Below, in pieces: positions 46,741 through 60,825 of a stretch of 64,000 bases of DNA (positions within the stretch are counted from its first letter, which is position 1; every line of letters starts with the position of its first letter). Source of the stretch: Hydrolagus colliei (lineage: Eukaryota). The DNA is taken from the NCBI GenBank assembly GCA_035084275.1, contig CM068755.1:12276001-12340000 (forward strand), written 5' to 3'. The notes below the pieces were generated by a model. That model was not told the DNA's origin and ran no database searches. It saw only the letters and a program-made list of their open reading frames with translations. The position numbers and the translations under genes were made by a program.

Positions 46741-49700
46741 CAAAGGAAAACAAGATCTTGGAAGAAAGATTGAACCAAAGAAGCCAGGCTGACACTTAGT
46801 CTAATGAACATGATATAGCATTCAAAGGCATGGGAGAGACACACTGTGCCGCAGTATGTGACATAGGGAAATAATGAATGAAAGTGTATAACACAATGCA
46901 GGTAACTGTGGAAAGAAGTATGAATATAAAAGTAGTTAGGGTGCAATGAACAGAAATATGAGAAGTGATAGGGAGGTGACAAACTTTAATAGCTTAAGTT
47001 GAATAACTGAATTTCAAATTATTTAGAATGCACATGTTTAGAATTGTCCACAAAACAGTCAGTGAACCTTGCTGTATATCCTGTGAATTGCTTTGAGATA
47101 TTCTCCTAACCTGAAAGACCCTATATCAAATGCAAAGATTCTTCTTATGATTGTTAATTCATATTTTTAAATGCTGGTGCAATCAAAACTGATTGCTTTT
47201 TTAAAAAAAATTGGAGATGTGAATTTGAATGAAATAAATATTAATCAAAAATATTATGCTATGATACTCAGATAAAGAAGGTCTTGCCCCAGTTAATTCA
47301 AAAAGATTAACTGGATTTACAAAGGGTGTATTCACCATAATGCTATCCATCAGCATATAAATATACTATGTCATACAGAGCACATGAACCATCAAGCTGT
47401 AAACATATTTGTTTAGTTGCTGAGAAAGCATTTAATAGGGAGAAGTGAAGATGTATCTGGCAGGTTCTTCATCATTTTGGCTAATAGTTTTAATTTTATA
47501 AAATGCTGTGTTCATATCAACATGAACTTACAGAATCAGTACCCACATAGTGCCATCAGTGCCTTTCTACTAATTAATATGATTGGGTTGTTCCCTCCTA
47601 TCTTTATTGGTAGTTAGCAACAAAGTTTTTAACTCGTTCATATATAACTCTAATATAAGTGTCTAGGGTTTACAAGGATTCAAAATTCTTGAGTTTTCTT
47701 GATGTGCCATACATAGGAGATCTGACTGGATCATTTGAACTGTATTGGATTTATTTGATAAATTTGGGTTAATTTATACAAGATTAACTGGGGGTAGTCA
47801 AAGAAATGTCTATATAGTTTTTGTTTTCTCACTGAAAGAAAATGTGAGTGATTCATTATTTCGCAGGTCTCAAGCGAGTCTCACTCCACTCTTAACATGG
47901 ACCCAAACACGTCTTACATATCAATATCAAATAGATCAATTCTATTACATTTTATGATCAGCTGAATCTGATTTGAAGTGGTGGAAACCAACACACTTAT
48001 CTTTATGAGAACAGAACAAATACATAGTGTTTGTCATTAACTCATCCTAATGTGTTTCGTACAGCTGGTTAAGAGATATTTGTGGGCAAGGAGGAATCTA
48101 TTATTATTATTACATACTGTTTCCACCCCACCTTGCCATTTCCCCCACCATACGTGTTATATTGTAAATCTTAGATTATTGGCAGAAAGTATTGATACAT
48201 TTTACAAAGTAAAGATGCTGGCAATTTAGAGTAGAATGATTGAAAGCAAAACAATTCATTAAAAAGAAGGCAGTAAAGTATGCAATCAATTTTGTTTCAT
48301 ATAAAAGTATATATCTCCCCCAACAAGGTACTAGTACAATTTCTTGCTGGTACAGTAATATGGAAGCGAGATAAGAGCAAAGTGACTTCATTGTAATGAT
48401 GTCCTAAATCCTTTTATCAGTCCCACAATTAATGACTATCTTGTCCAGCTTAGAAGCTCGATTGTATTGAATTTTGTAGAGGCTCTTTAATTATAAGAGA
48501 AATCATCATAACTCAGCTGTCTGAGCCTCAATGCAACATAATTTTAATCTTATCATTGCTCAACAAATACATCATTTTCAAAAAGAGAAGCTGGGTGTCC
48601 CCTCCTCCCTACATGGTCGGATAAGTGAGATTGGAAATATGTTAAATCGAAAACGTCTGGCAGGGGGAAAAGAATTGATGATGCACAGATTTTAAATAGT
48701 TTGTGGACAAACTGACAATATCATTAAATGTAGTGTGAAATCATTCTACAACATCATTTTTTGTACTTTGACTAATGACACGCTGTGCCTGAATCTGATA
48801 GCAAGCCAGCAAAAAAATTATATTCAATTACTTATTTGCACAAAGCTAGTTAGAGCTATTTGGGATTTTTTATTTAATCAATAACATTTCCAATCAACTG
48901 CACAAAGAATGTCATTGAGAAGCAAAACAGAAATAAGGAATCTATTGTTGATGGTAGAATGCAATAATAATCCCAAATGCTTGCGATATGGTAACCGGTG
49001 TTTATATTATATGGATTTACAAGATTTACCTGTACAAACACGGTAACATTCGGCCTAACCAATTGATAATGTTAATTAATATGGAAGGATTTCAGCATTC
49101 TTTTATGATGAGAAGACTATAATAAACACTTACTCTCACAGGATCAAGGTGATTTGGTTTGCTTAAATTGATTGCAATTGCTCTGGGACTCTGTCGTGTA
49201 CAGCACAACTCACTTCCTGACTTATAATGCTCTCTTTACATTGCTGAAGAATTGTACAATAGTGCTTCAATGAATGAAATGATTGTGATTGGAAACCCCC
49301 CCCTGACTACCAACCAGTGGAAATCATTTCCTCCATATTAACTTTTCAACCCCCAACCCCTCATAAAAACATTGAGAAGAAGTAAAGAGATATGGACATC
49401 AATTTGGTAAAAAAAACTGTAATTCACTGAACCTATCTGTAATTGTTTGTAAAGGATCAGTGGATATATTAAAATGGTCTTGATTCTGATATTAAATGGA
49501 ATGGAAGTATGCATCTATCAGGGTGAGGTTTTATTACCAAATGCTAGTTTACTCCACAGCATGTATATTTTCATATCTCCTAAATGGATTTAACCATTGG
49601 ATTTCAAAGAATCTCTTCAAAAAAGAAATGGTTTCAAGCATTTCAAGGTGACTGATGTCAAGAGTGACAATGTTGCAGCAGGTACCATATGTTTCCTATA

Positions 49701-50989
49701 CTTTATATTCCAATCTAACCAGTTGATCAGCACTAATGGATTATGCCCTGGTATTGTCATTTCTGACATGATTTACCACATTATTATAGACAGGGTGATA
49801 CAGCTAACCAAATCATGTACAGAACCTGAACTGCGGCTCCTTATTATTTAAAAGTAAGGAAAAATTAGAAATAACATTATCTCCAAGAAAAAAATAGCAA
49901 TTTTATCCAAATATTTTACCCATATAAAACCACATAATATGTAACAATCTCAAGTATTGTCAGTTGACCTTTAAGGCTGTCTAAATATCTTTCTTCTGAA
50001 TAAAAGGGTTATTTGATATCACTGGACCTGACACCTTAGTTCCAAGGCAAGCTGATCATCTAAGCTTGATAACTCAGTACAAAGGGTGTATCTGGTCCAA
50101 AATTTCATGTTAGAATGAAATTTTATCCCTCAGTTTGTTGATGACATTAAATGATGTTACGATGAAGTCAAATTGACAGAGCGCCATTCCCAAAGGTCCG
50201 ACATAGTGGAAATAATTTATATTCTAACAAGGATAAACCATTTAATGTCAATGCTATCAGAACCTGTGCCCATATCAGGAGTTTCGGATTACATGTCACA
50301 TGGCTTTTTAACAGAGTGCAGAGAAAAAAAAGCGGTGTAAAAATAATTAACATAAATTGCTTTTCTAGTGCTAAAGGACTTCATGATTCACAGGGAGCTC
50401 TAACAGTTCCTATTCAATTGAAATGCAACTGGATCCCTGGATGACAGTTGTGACCAGGCTATCAGTGGCAGTAAATGGAGATAATGGCCCCACAAGAGAG
50501 TCAAGAAATGGCCCAGCTTTGAACTGCCGAAACATTTAGTATCTCTCTTATTTTATTCACAACAGTAATGCGATATGTCACAGCACCACTAATACATCTC
50601 TGATTTCTGTCATCTGCATGTAATGCTTATCAAGACTCTGCCGGTTTGCAGCCCTCTTGTCACTGGCAATTATGTCTGTATACACTGGGGTTACGACTGC
50701 TGCAACATTACACTGAAGGCAAATCTACAAAGGAATCTCAAGGCTATATCTTGGCCAACATGATTTCTTTTTAAAAAAAATCAAATGAAACCTTCTTGAA
50801 TTCTATTGACTTTTCGATCCGCGTTTTGATCCTTGCATGTTGGGTCAGTTTCTGTTGTTGACATGTTTGACTGACTAGATGCATCTATGGTTGTCTTTAA
50901 TAAAAGCTATGCTTCTTCAGTGACAATACTAATCATTTTTGATCATGACTGTGCCAAGTAAACAAGAATGCTCACCCGTTGTGCAAAAA

Positions 50990-51700
50990 TGTACATCTGA
51001 GTTAAAGGTAAAACGTTCTGGCGTTAACTTATTTTGAAGTTAAGAGCATTACTTTAGGATGGCACATATCCACTTCTCCTTTGCTTGCGATGCACCATTT
51101 CCAGCTCAGGAAAACGCAGCCATTCTGTTGTGTGGTAGCACTCCCAAGTATCACCGCATGATACACATCTAAGCCAGGTCTCCGTGCATTCAACATACTC
51201 CGACCGGGATTTGTACTCATACATAATGCACAGAGGGTCATCCATAGAAATGGAAAACAAGACCTTTTAAACCCTCATTTTACCTGAAAATACCAAGCCA
51301 TTTCAGGGAGCGATTCGGTCAATGCCTGAGAGGGATACACCCTGCTCAGGTAGGTGTTGGCAACATTTGGTAACCATAGATTATGTGTTGCGGGTACTGC
51401 TGGAATTTAAACAATTGTATCTTGCAGCATTACAAACACTGACCATGAAATTTCCTGCCGCATGCTGTGAAAATATGAATGCCCAGAGCTCTGTCGATAA
51501 CAATGTATCGATGGTGAGGTGCTTTTGGAATAGGTCCGCATTCCTGGTTAGAATGCATGTAATAACAGGAAATTACTTCAGCAGGAAAAGCATACAGCTG
51601 GGGAAGTTCACAATGACAATGCGCCAATGCTAAAGTCTGATAATGGGACAATGATGCAGATTAATCAGCTATCTGTTCCACAGTTAAAGGTTAATTAAAT
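50990..51700. promoter_or_regulatory. Long CpG-retaining unique block, candidate CNE/enhancer
   Basis: About 15 CpGs (hand count) in ~700 bp, no repeat similarity, and ORFs in both directions that match nothing recognisable. Confidence 0.35.
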
Positions 51701-52036
51701 CAACAGATTTTTATTCAGAGCACAGTAATGTAAATGACATTTAAAAGAACATTAAGACAATTGCTGAATAATAGTATTCATCTTCACAAATATTAGAAAC
51801 TGTGAGTAATCATTTTTCAAAGCGAATAAGAATGAGTGTGATTGGCTGCAACAATGTCACTGTTAAATTCCCTTTGCGCATGGATACAATGCAATTTCCA
51901 TTTAAAAAGCGCTTTTGACATCAGGGGAACATCTCCAAACCTTTAACCAAGACCCAAATACAGTACAAGAGCACACTGTAAGTTTGTTCGGCCTATCAAG
52001 CCAATTTCCCCCAGGTTTTTATTTGTCTAAAAATGA

Positions 52037-52230
52037 TAGTCACTACACTTTGCAGCAAATCCTGTGAAGAACATTGAGATGTCTTCCCAACATTTCTTTT
52101 TTGTTCATCTCTCCCTTTCCGTTTCGCCCACAAATATACAGTCAATTCACTTTACATTTTATTCTGTGAAGCGCTTTGAGACTTCTAGAAGACGTGAAAA
52201 GCACTATCATATGCAAGGAGTATTATTATT
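52037..52230 (+). mobile_element. Two tandem SINE 3' fragments
   Basis: GTCACTACACTTT..CCTGTGAAG..TGAGATGTC, followed by CCCACAAATATACAGTCAATTCACTTTAC..TTCTGTGAAGCGCTTTGAGAC..ATGCAAGG. Confidence 0.8.
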
Positions 52231-52539
52231 TAATGTAATCTATTGCTGGAAAAGCTAAACCCTTTCACAAGTGATCCGAGGGACCTTCAGAATGATGATC
52301 TATCCTTCACATTCATTTATGGCTAGTGGGGTCTCCTTTGCTTGACCCAATAGCATGGATTGTCAATCACATTGAGCATGCTGCTATTTCTGTCTAACGA
52401 TATTCCTTTAATCATCAATGTCTTTGCTCAATAGATATTTATCCAGTTCTTTTCTTTAAAAGGCATTCATGTACATATCATTTACTGGTTTAACAGGGAA
52501 CATGTTCCAAGTTACTTAGAGTTGCCCAGAGTGATTTAA

Positions 52540-52640
52540 TATGGAAACAGGCCATTCAGTATGACTTGCCTGTACCGGTGTTTATATCCCACGCAAGCTC
52601 CCTACCCTCTCCTTTCCCCCTCTCTTATACCTCTCTATCC
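52540..52640 (-). mobile_element. CR1 3' UTR fragment
   Basis: GAAACAGGCCATTCAG..CCGGTGTTTATATCCCACGCAAGC is the reverse complement of a shark-type CR1 tail. Confidence 0.55.
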
Positions 52641-54507
52641 ATTCTTGTTAATGTATACTAAATATTTTGATTTATATAAATAATCTTCGCCACATATGTA
52701 TAAATTATGCTCAATAATAGTTGGGGCTAGTGTCTTATTTTTGCTTTCAGTTTTGAGCGAGAATTCTTCCTTGACATTTTAACTTGATGGGTTCAATGTG
52801 TGCTGCTTGGCAACACCAACACACGTTAATTTCCAAACCTATAATGGAAATATTCACGTAGAACATGGAAAGGATTACAAGAAATCCTCTTGATAATTTC
52901 CCTGACTACTTATACTAGACTCACAGTGTTGCCCAATTCTATTCCAAGCACTAGGAATTTGCCAATCAATCTTCGGGTGAAATATTTGCATCCATGAAAT
53001 CCCCAAATACTAACTAGTGCTTCACGTGTTTCCTTAATTATTTCCTCAAGGAATCCAGGACATATTCTATGCCATCTAGGATGTATCCCATCTGGTTCAA
53101 ATTCATGTTAAATATTTCATACCTTGAGCTCTTTTGTAGCAAATGCTTTTTTGATCTCTGCAGATTTTCAGCCAGTTCAATTAGATGTGGAATTTGTACC
53201 CAGCTTTATTTTGCAAGGACTGAAGTGAAGAATTCATTTAACACATCTGTCATTGATTGATGCTCCAAGGATGTTTCTACCCAACATATTCCTTAAAAGA
53301 CCTATCTGATTTCAAAAATGAACTACACAAGTAGTTCGTGTAAAGCATTCAGGATTATTTATTTTAGAGAAAGATACATTGAATGAATCATGTGAGAAAT
53401 TGAAGGAATCGGCTAGATATACTGATGGTATACAACAACTTGTATTTATATAGCACCTCTTAGGGTAGGGTTCCAGAGTGCTAACACCTGAAAGTGTTAC
53501 TAAGTTATAACGTTCTGTTGCAATCTAAAACAACTTCTCTACTGTTTTCAAGAATGCAATTTGTTGATTCATTTATCCAGTTGGGGTATATGATATCGAT
53601 GTGAAGTTAGACTATCTTCAGTCCTGAAATTCTTGTCACATTATATACAGTGATATTAATAATAAACAATTATAAAGGGGAAATCCCTCTTGAGACCATT
53701 ATCAATGCCACAAAGCATAACATCGCCTCAAACTTTTGATAAACGTAAGATGTTCTGAGCTAAGTGAATGTATCTGTGAGAGTTCCACAAGTACTGCAAC
53801 ATCCTGTTACATTCATTGATAAGTTCATAACATGCAATGCTCCGTTCAGAAGTGGGGATGCATATTTAGGGCAAACTTACATCTCCTAGCACTTCAGGCT
53901 GTATGAATTAAACAAATTGGCCATATAAACCTAAAATGTGAAATGAACTCAGTAAAATTCCTTGCAGATAAGTCTTTAGTGTATGACTAATTCAGAAGTA
54001 AAATTAGATTAGTTTTCTGGTGAGTGTACTATTTTTTATTAGACATTAAACGTCTGAGCATCTGAGGTCACAGTACTGTATATTTTCACTGAATGTAATT
54101 ATCAGCATGGAATAAAACATGTCACATTCAGTCTAAAATGCACACTAGTGAAAGCGTAGTGAAATGTGCAATATATAAGATGTTGCACATGTACACATTG
54201 AATATGTAACATATAAGATTCATTGATTGAGTTTCTAAAATGTTGGTGGACTTGTGTGTGTGCTGAGTTTAGTCTGATTGTCTCCACTGAGGTGATAATT
54301 CAATAAATTTCAGGAATTGACATTTACACTGGCTGGTTAATAATCCACTTGTTTGTATTGTGCATAAATGACCTGGTTTCATAGACTCATAGTGCAAGAT
54401 GCTCCAGTTAAATTTGGAAGTGCAGCAAACTAGCATTTGCTAGAACGTTGGACTGCTGTTGAGTCCTTTTATTTAATTTTAAAAATATTAATTTGGTCGA
54501 TCGAAAC

Positions 54508-54668
54508 ACGACTGGTTGTGGGACACTGCTGTGCATAATTAGCTACCATGTTTTTCCCGCAAAATATAGTCAATTCACTTTACAGTACAGTATATTCTGT
54601 GAAGCGCTTTGAGATGCCTCAAATACATGATAAGGTGCTATATTAAATGCAAGGATTATTATTATTAT
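54508..54668 (+). mobile_element. SINE 3' half
   Basis: TGTGGGACACTGCTGTGC..GTCAATTCACTTTACAGTACAGTATATTCTGTGAAGCGCTTTGAGA..AAATGCAAGG(ATT)n. Confidence 0.85.
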
Positions 54669-55129
54669 CTATTATTAGCCTGCAGCATAAGAGGAGTTAT
54701 TTCACAGTGTTTATTTTAAGTAAGAGTAACTTGAATTGAAAGCAGCCACTTGTTCCTGAAGGCACATGGTCCCAATCCATTCTCAGTTAACTGGCATTCT
54801 ATTATTGAACAAACTGCTTAGATTTTCTTCTGAATCCCTGAATTGGATTACAGTCATATAATCCATTGGCTGCTCAGTAACCTTATAAGTAGGTTCAGTC
54901 TGTTGGGCCATCACTTTCCAACAGACCAGATCCACGTTGCTATTACAATGGACTCTGCCTATCTTGTATCTATCTCTATTGGCATTGAGGGGAATACAAA
55001 GGTCGACTCTCGCTGCCAAGGGGATGGATGGTAAACCATACATGTGTATGGAGCTTATGTGCTCCTACAGCTTCCCACCACTGATTTATTTTCTACCTGA
55101 CCTTCAGTACTTTTCAATCAAAAGGAATG

Positions 55130-55590
55130 AAACCGCAGGCAATCTAAATTTAGCCTAGTGAGTTGGTCACCCAGCCCATCAGGCCCGTGTAGACACTGAT
55201 ACTGTAGCTGTCAGGCCTCACTGGCAGAATGCTGTTAAAACTTCTGTGGTCAAAGAGAAGGAAAAACAGACGACGCAAAAGTGGGACTTTGACACTGCAG
55301 AAAAGTGCTTGGGGACAACAAAACAGATCCAATTCAAAAACCGTGGGGGAATGCTGATACTTCATTGCTTGGGCTAATGAGGTAATTGAAAACAGAAGCC
55401 TATTTAAGAGAACCCTCATTCCCCATGTAAAGGGGATTTGTGTGAGGTGATACCGAGCCTGCGAGTGAAGGAAGAAATTCACTATTCATTGGGTGACGAT
55501 TTGTTTCATTTCTTGAAGAACAAAGGGACCATCCTCTGTACCACAGATAGGGAAGAGCTTGGGCTGCAGTACAAACTGCTGACATCTCTT
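55130..55590. promoter_or_regulatory. Candidate conserved non-coding element
   Basis: Unique, higher-GC block with CTGTCA, TGTGGTC, TAATGA/TAATTG, GAACAAAG and retained CpGs. Confidence 0.3.
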
Positions 55591-57354
55591 TAACTCTTTT
55601 CTTATGTGCCAGGTTGAACAGTCATTATTATAGTAGGAAATTTAGACCTACATGAATGATAGTTAAGCAAAAACAAATTTGCACATAGTGGTCTATAAAT
55701 ATTTTGTTCAAGTCTCACATATTGATTTTTGAATATCAAGGTAATTCAAATTCTTTGAGTACAGTCAGGATATTTACAAAGTTTTTATACAGAGAAAATT
55801 GAACCTTGCCCATTTTCTTAGAATTTTCTAGGGTGTATCACAAGTGATGCAAGGGGTTATATTCTGCCTGGTGTGCTATATGTGTGGTGTGCCCTAAGAA
55901 TGGGAAATTGGGTTGTAAGCAGATATTGAAAGATTCATATAGTAAACACAGGAGAATAATCCCCTCGATTCTTTGAGCTCCTTCATAACATGTGCTGTGC
56001 TGAAATTTGTGCATCTTCAAGATTTGTTTTTCCCCAGTCGATTTGAATGGATCTGGAAATAGTGCATGACTCTTAGTGTTCATATGTATGACTCTTGGTA
56101 CTCATTATATTTTGTTTACTTGTATCTTTTAAAATAATTCAGTTTCGTTTTTAAGTTATTTCTGATCATCTCACTCACTGTTAGCTTCTCACAGAGATCA
56201 GTTTCCTTTTCACATCCGTTAAAGTAGGTTTTTGAAAGTCCTATTTCTTTATTTACCAGTTTAGTTTCTGTTCTAATCCTTTCTCTGCTCTGAAATTTGT
56301 ATTTATTAGGAGTTGTTCTCACCTTGTTGGTAAGGTCTACTGCTGGTAGAACGTCTAACTTGACTTTTTCAGTATAACTTGGAAATCACTTGACTGATCA
56401 CTTGAGAGCAAGGATTCTTCCCACTCGACTCTTGTTAACCCTGCAAACCAAAGTGCACTGCAATATCCCACAAATAGCAATGGAGTCAGTGACCAATTTT
56501 ATTTGGGAGATTGTTGGGATTAGACACAGAGATTCATGGGTTAAAGAGCTTCACATAAAACACAAGTGAGCTATTACTTTTTAGGAAACGGCTTTGACCT
56601 ATGTGTCATTAAAATAAAAGTGGGAAAAATCTGTTGGTTTTGCCTCCATTCCTAGATTATGTTACTAGCTTGACTTGCAAGGCTTTAATCACTTCAGGCA
56701 GTTATGTGTCTTTACCATCGATATGGAAATCCTACAAATTCTGATTATACAACATCTGTATTTGTACCAGCCTATAGTAAGTTGACACTTAGTCAAAGTC
56801 TCTTTAAAATTAGTCAAATCTAGTTCCACAACAAGTGAGAATGTTAAATGTGCTATTAATGTGATGTGGTGCTCTGATGGTAAACAGCAGAAAGTGAAGG
56901 CAAAGCCTAAATTGTGTTCAACAAGTGAAGATGGCAATGCTATCCCTGCAGCCCTGATCAGACATTCCCGCTATCCAGCACGTCCTAAGCAAAGCAATTC
57001 AGAAAATCTACATTCTCTCACTTGGTTAGACCTGTCTCCCTTGGTTGTAGTTTCTTTTCCCATTGAACCTGCTGTATGTGTAGATGGCAAATATCCAACT
57101 GGCAAATATCACCTCATTTTTATGTTCAAAACCATTCAAGCCTCATTCTGAAAATGGCTTCCGATCGATTATGGGCAAACCATCTAATTTTGAACTTGTC
57201 AGAGTAATGCTGAAACACATTTGGTGAAAAAAATTATACACGAAAGTTGGCAAGAGGACTTCACTCCACTACTCTTCGTCCATCCACTGGAATTTCTACC
57301 TCAAATAGTTTGTTCAAAATATTCAGTGAAGTACTGTACTGTAATTGGATTTAT

Positions 57355-57463
57355 TTAACAATTATCATTGTATTTTATATCACACCCTTCACATTGAGCA
57401 GACATCTTAAAGCCCTTCACATGGTTCGTCGTAAAGTTTAGTGACTGCATATATTGTAGGTGA
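57355..57463 (-). mobile_element. SINE 3' tail fragment
   Basis: CCTTCACATTGAGCAGACATCTTAAAGCCCTTCACA..AGTGACTGCATATTGTAGGTGAA. Confidence 0.65.
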
Positions 57464-60339
57464 ACTATAGAAATCTAAAAGATCAATCAAATAGTTATTT
57501 GTACATAATGTTGTATTGTATATTTAGTTTTTTTGTGGTGAAAATCCTTCTTAAAATACCATATCAACTAATTTTCTCACAAAGGGTATCATTATTTTAA
57601 AGCAATTTTTTATATTTACTTTGCCTTCAACTTAAAAACTTAAAGAGAAGAGTTGTTGGAGGTTTGGCATATTTGATTAACTGTAAACAGCTTCACAAAA
57701 AAAGTTAAAAGTACAAAACCAAACAGAATTAATGAGAGACAACAGGATTCTCTTGGCTATGTTGATAATGCCTGGTTCTATTTAGGGAAATTGCATCACA
57801 TGATTCCAATCATTACAACATACAGCTGCTACTTGATATGTGTAAATAAATATTGTTTTTACAATCTTTGGGAAAGAGAGATATTTTAAAAATACAATTA
57901 ACTTTTCCCACAAGTTCTTGCAGAAAACGTTTGCTTTAAATTGTTCCAAGCTGTGATTCCCATGTGAAAGATATCAACTTATTTCATTTTTCTGTCAATC
58001 ATCAGTGCCAACTGCAGCTAGGTATGTCAGGTCATGCACTTTCACTACAGGGACTGTGTCATGCTTGAATCCATTGAATTTTTCAGCTGGGACACTATGT
58101 TTTATACTTAGAGTCAATGCTAACCACCAAAATCAAGTCATACCTATAAGGCACTTTGAGATTGTTCGTGTGTCTAACTCAACTTGGAAAGACTAGTAAC
58201 AGTGGCTTAAATATTTGTAGAGCATATTGTCAGTTGCGAAAAACTGAGCAGTGTTTTTTGGAGAGAACACTTTATCATAAAACTGAATTGTAATAGCAAA
58301 AATGTTAGGTCTTTCTGATCTACATTGGAGACTGTGCTTGATATTTCTAGTCCAGCCAATATTTCTTTTTAATTTCTAGTATTTCTGGTTCAAAGGCATG
58401 AGATGGCGAGCCATGAGTTTTAGAATTAACGCTAGGAATTCTGAAGCACAGTCTGATACTACTGCCTTGACCTTAGAAGAATGTGTTCCATTGCACTGTT
58501 TCCCACATAATCAACCCCAGGCCTCTCAGAGTTCAGATCGGCAAATAAAGGGCAGCTGTTTTCACTGGGGACTTGTCTGAAACTGCAAGATTTTTTTCTG
58601 TTTTCACCAATGATACTTAACAGCGATTATATTGTGACCTCTCGAACCTAACACTGGGCTGGATTCAGATTTATCCCTACAATGGTGATAAGTGGTAACC
58701 CAGGGTAGTGGTAGTGTGATTCCCAACTATCATAAGCTGCTTTGTACAAGATAGCAGCATTGGCCAAAGCTATTTTCTGTAACAACAGCAAACAATTGCA
58801 CCGTAGCTGAATGTAAAACGTCAACCCATCAGGAAAAAAAATCAAGGAGCTAATTGTGCAATGAAATTTAGATCTGTATAATGAATTGTGGAAACATGCA
58901 GGTCTATATGTGTTTAATTATTTGTGTGCGTTTTGATTATTATTTGCACAGGGTTCCCTTTTATCTTCTCTCCCATGTGCCTCTTGCACTTACTGATTCT
59001 TTGCAGTTGGGAAGGCTTGACAGCTTTGGCTGCCTCAGTGGGTGCCATCAGTCCTGTTCATGGACTAGCTGCAAAATTAATGATATTTCACTATGGTATA
59101 TGTGTCGGAAAGCATCTATAATGATATGGTAATGGAAAACAAATTCTTTGGCTATGTCAGGAGATTCAATTGTACTAAAACATTTGGGAATGTCTTGATT
59201 TTGAGAGTGTTTGCTGTGTCTCTTGGGACAAAGTTGAAATTACCCAGATTTGCTCTAATTATTCAATATAATGTAAATTTTATGATTTCCATGTTTTTGA
59301 ACTATGATGCTGCATTAGGGTCTGAGCTCATTACACCCCCACCACCTCATTGAATGTATCCAGGATTATTTCCAGAATAACGACAAATGATAATTTGTCA
59401 AAGTCATACCTACCTTGTGCACAGGTGTGAACCTCAGTCGAAATATAACAGAACAATTCAGGTTTTGAAGACATTTCCTGAGTTGCTGCAGTGGCAAACA
59501 CACAGAGATGGGGCCATCACAGCAAATCTAACCAAATCATCTCCTTATAGTGAAATAAAACAGATCTGGAAATGTTCGGAGGGATGGAGCTCAGCAGAGA
59601 GAAATAAAACTTGGGTTTCAAGCCAAATGAGAAAATGAAATTGAATTAGATGCTTCCTAAAGACAACAAGAATTTTTAAAAAGTAAAATGCTCCAGTGCT
59701 CCTAATAACTATGACTGTGATTCTCATAAAACTGTCTCGACTAAATTGGATTTTGTTTTTACATAAATTCCTCCAAAGGAGATCTACAACTTGGAGAAAT
59801 ATATGGCTGATAGACAATACAATCTCGCTGTGATCCTCAATATTTCTCCCAATTATGCATTTCTTTGGAAGGCATACAATGTAAATTATAAAATATCATG
59901 TTGTCAGCATCTGCAAGCTATTTCCCAAGGTGTCCCATTGAATAGAAACTTTTACATTGGATCACAATTTTAATAGGTATCTGCCAGCTAAGGGAACAAT
60001 GCAAAGAAGACTGTAACATTATTCTAAATATTAAGATATATTTGCAAATGGCCTGGAGTTCTTTTTCTCAAGATGTCAGCTCTATGAAAGATCTTTAATC
60101 AATTTCTAATATGTATATACTACATAACGGTAACTGAACCCAGCAATCCGCTTCCTCCAGAATTTAAGCAACTATTCACCCCAGAATCTCTGGTAAATCC
60201 AGATCTCCTGAGGAAAGGTTTCTGCTATGTTTACCTTGCTGGTTTCCCCAAAGTAATTGAGCGAAAGGCATGAATTTTTAGCTAACGTACCGCTTATATT
60301 ATTGAATTTTGATTCAACTAAGGAATCACTTCGATCCTT

Positions 60340-60825
60340 GCTATAGCCCCCGCAGCTCAAGAACCATTGCATTCCACCCAGTAATTGATCATTTCACTCT
60401 ACGCTCGCACCCATGCCCTTGAGTCCTGTTGCCAATCAAGTATTTATCCAGTATTTTCCCTTAAAGCAATGAGGATAAATTCACTCATCGAAGCGCATTT
60501 GTTCATTGCGAGCCATTATCAAGTTTGCTTGTTTGTTGCTCCCACTTCCTGCTTTAGATTTCAAAACATGCTAGAAATTGACCCGGTCAGATCTGCAACG
60601 CCAATTTTCCATTTTTCCAGCTTATCGTTGGCTGTGAACTGCTCACCTCCTACTGGTCTGCTTGTCTCCTGACCACATAACTTGGTGTCATCAGCAAGTT
60701 TTTATATTCCAAGTACCAAGTTTTACATTACAAGGAATAACCCCATTCATATCAGTTTAGAATAACGTTAACAACAGGGGACATAGAACAGATGTTTGTG
60801 ACACTCCACCAGTTACTACCACCAT
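60340..60825 (-). mobile_element. Old CR1 LINE reverse-transcriptase remnant
   Basis: Minus strand encodes VVTGGVSQTSVLCPLLL (VTSGVPQGSVLGPLLF) near 60770-60820 and KLADDTKLCG (FADDTKL) near 60672-60701. The downstream part is heavily deleted. Confidence 0.8.
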
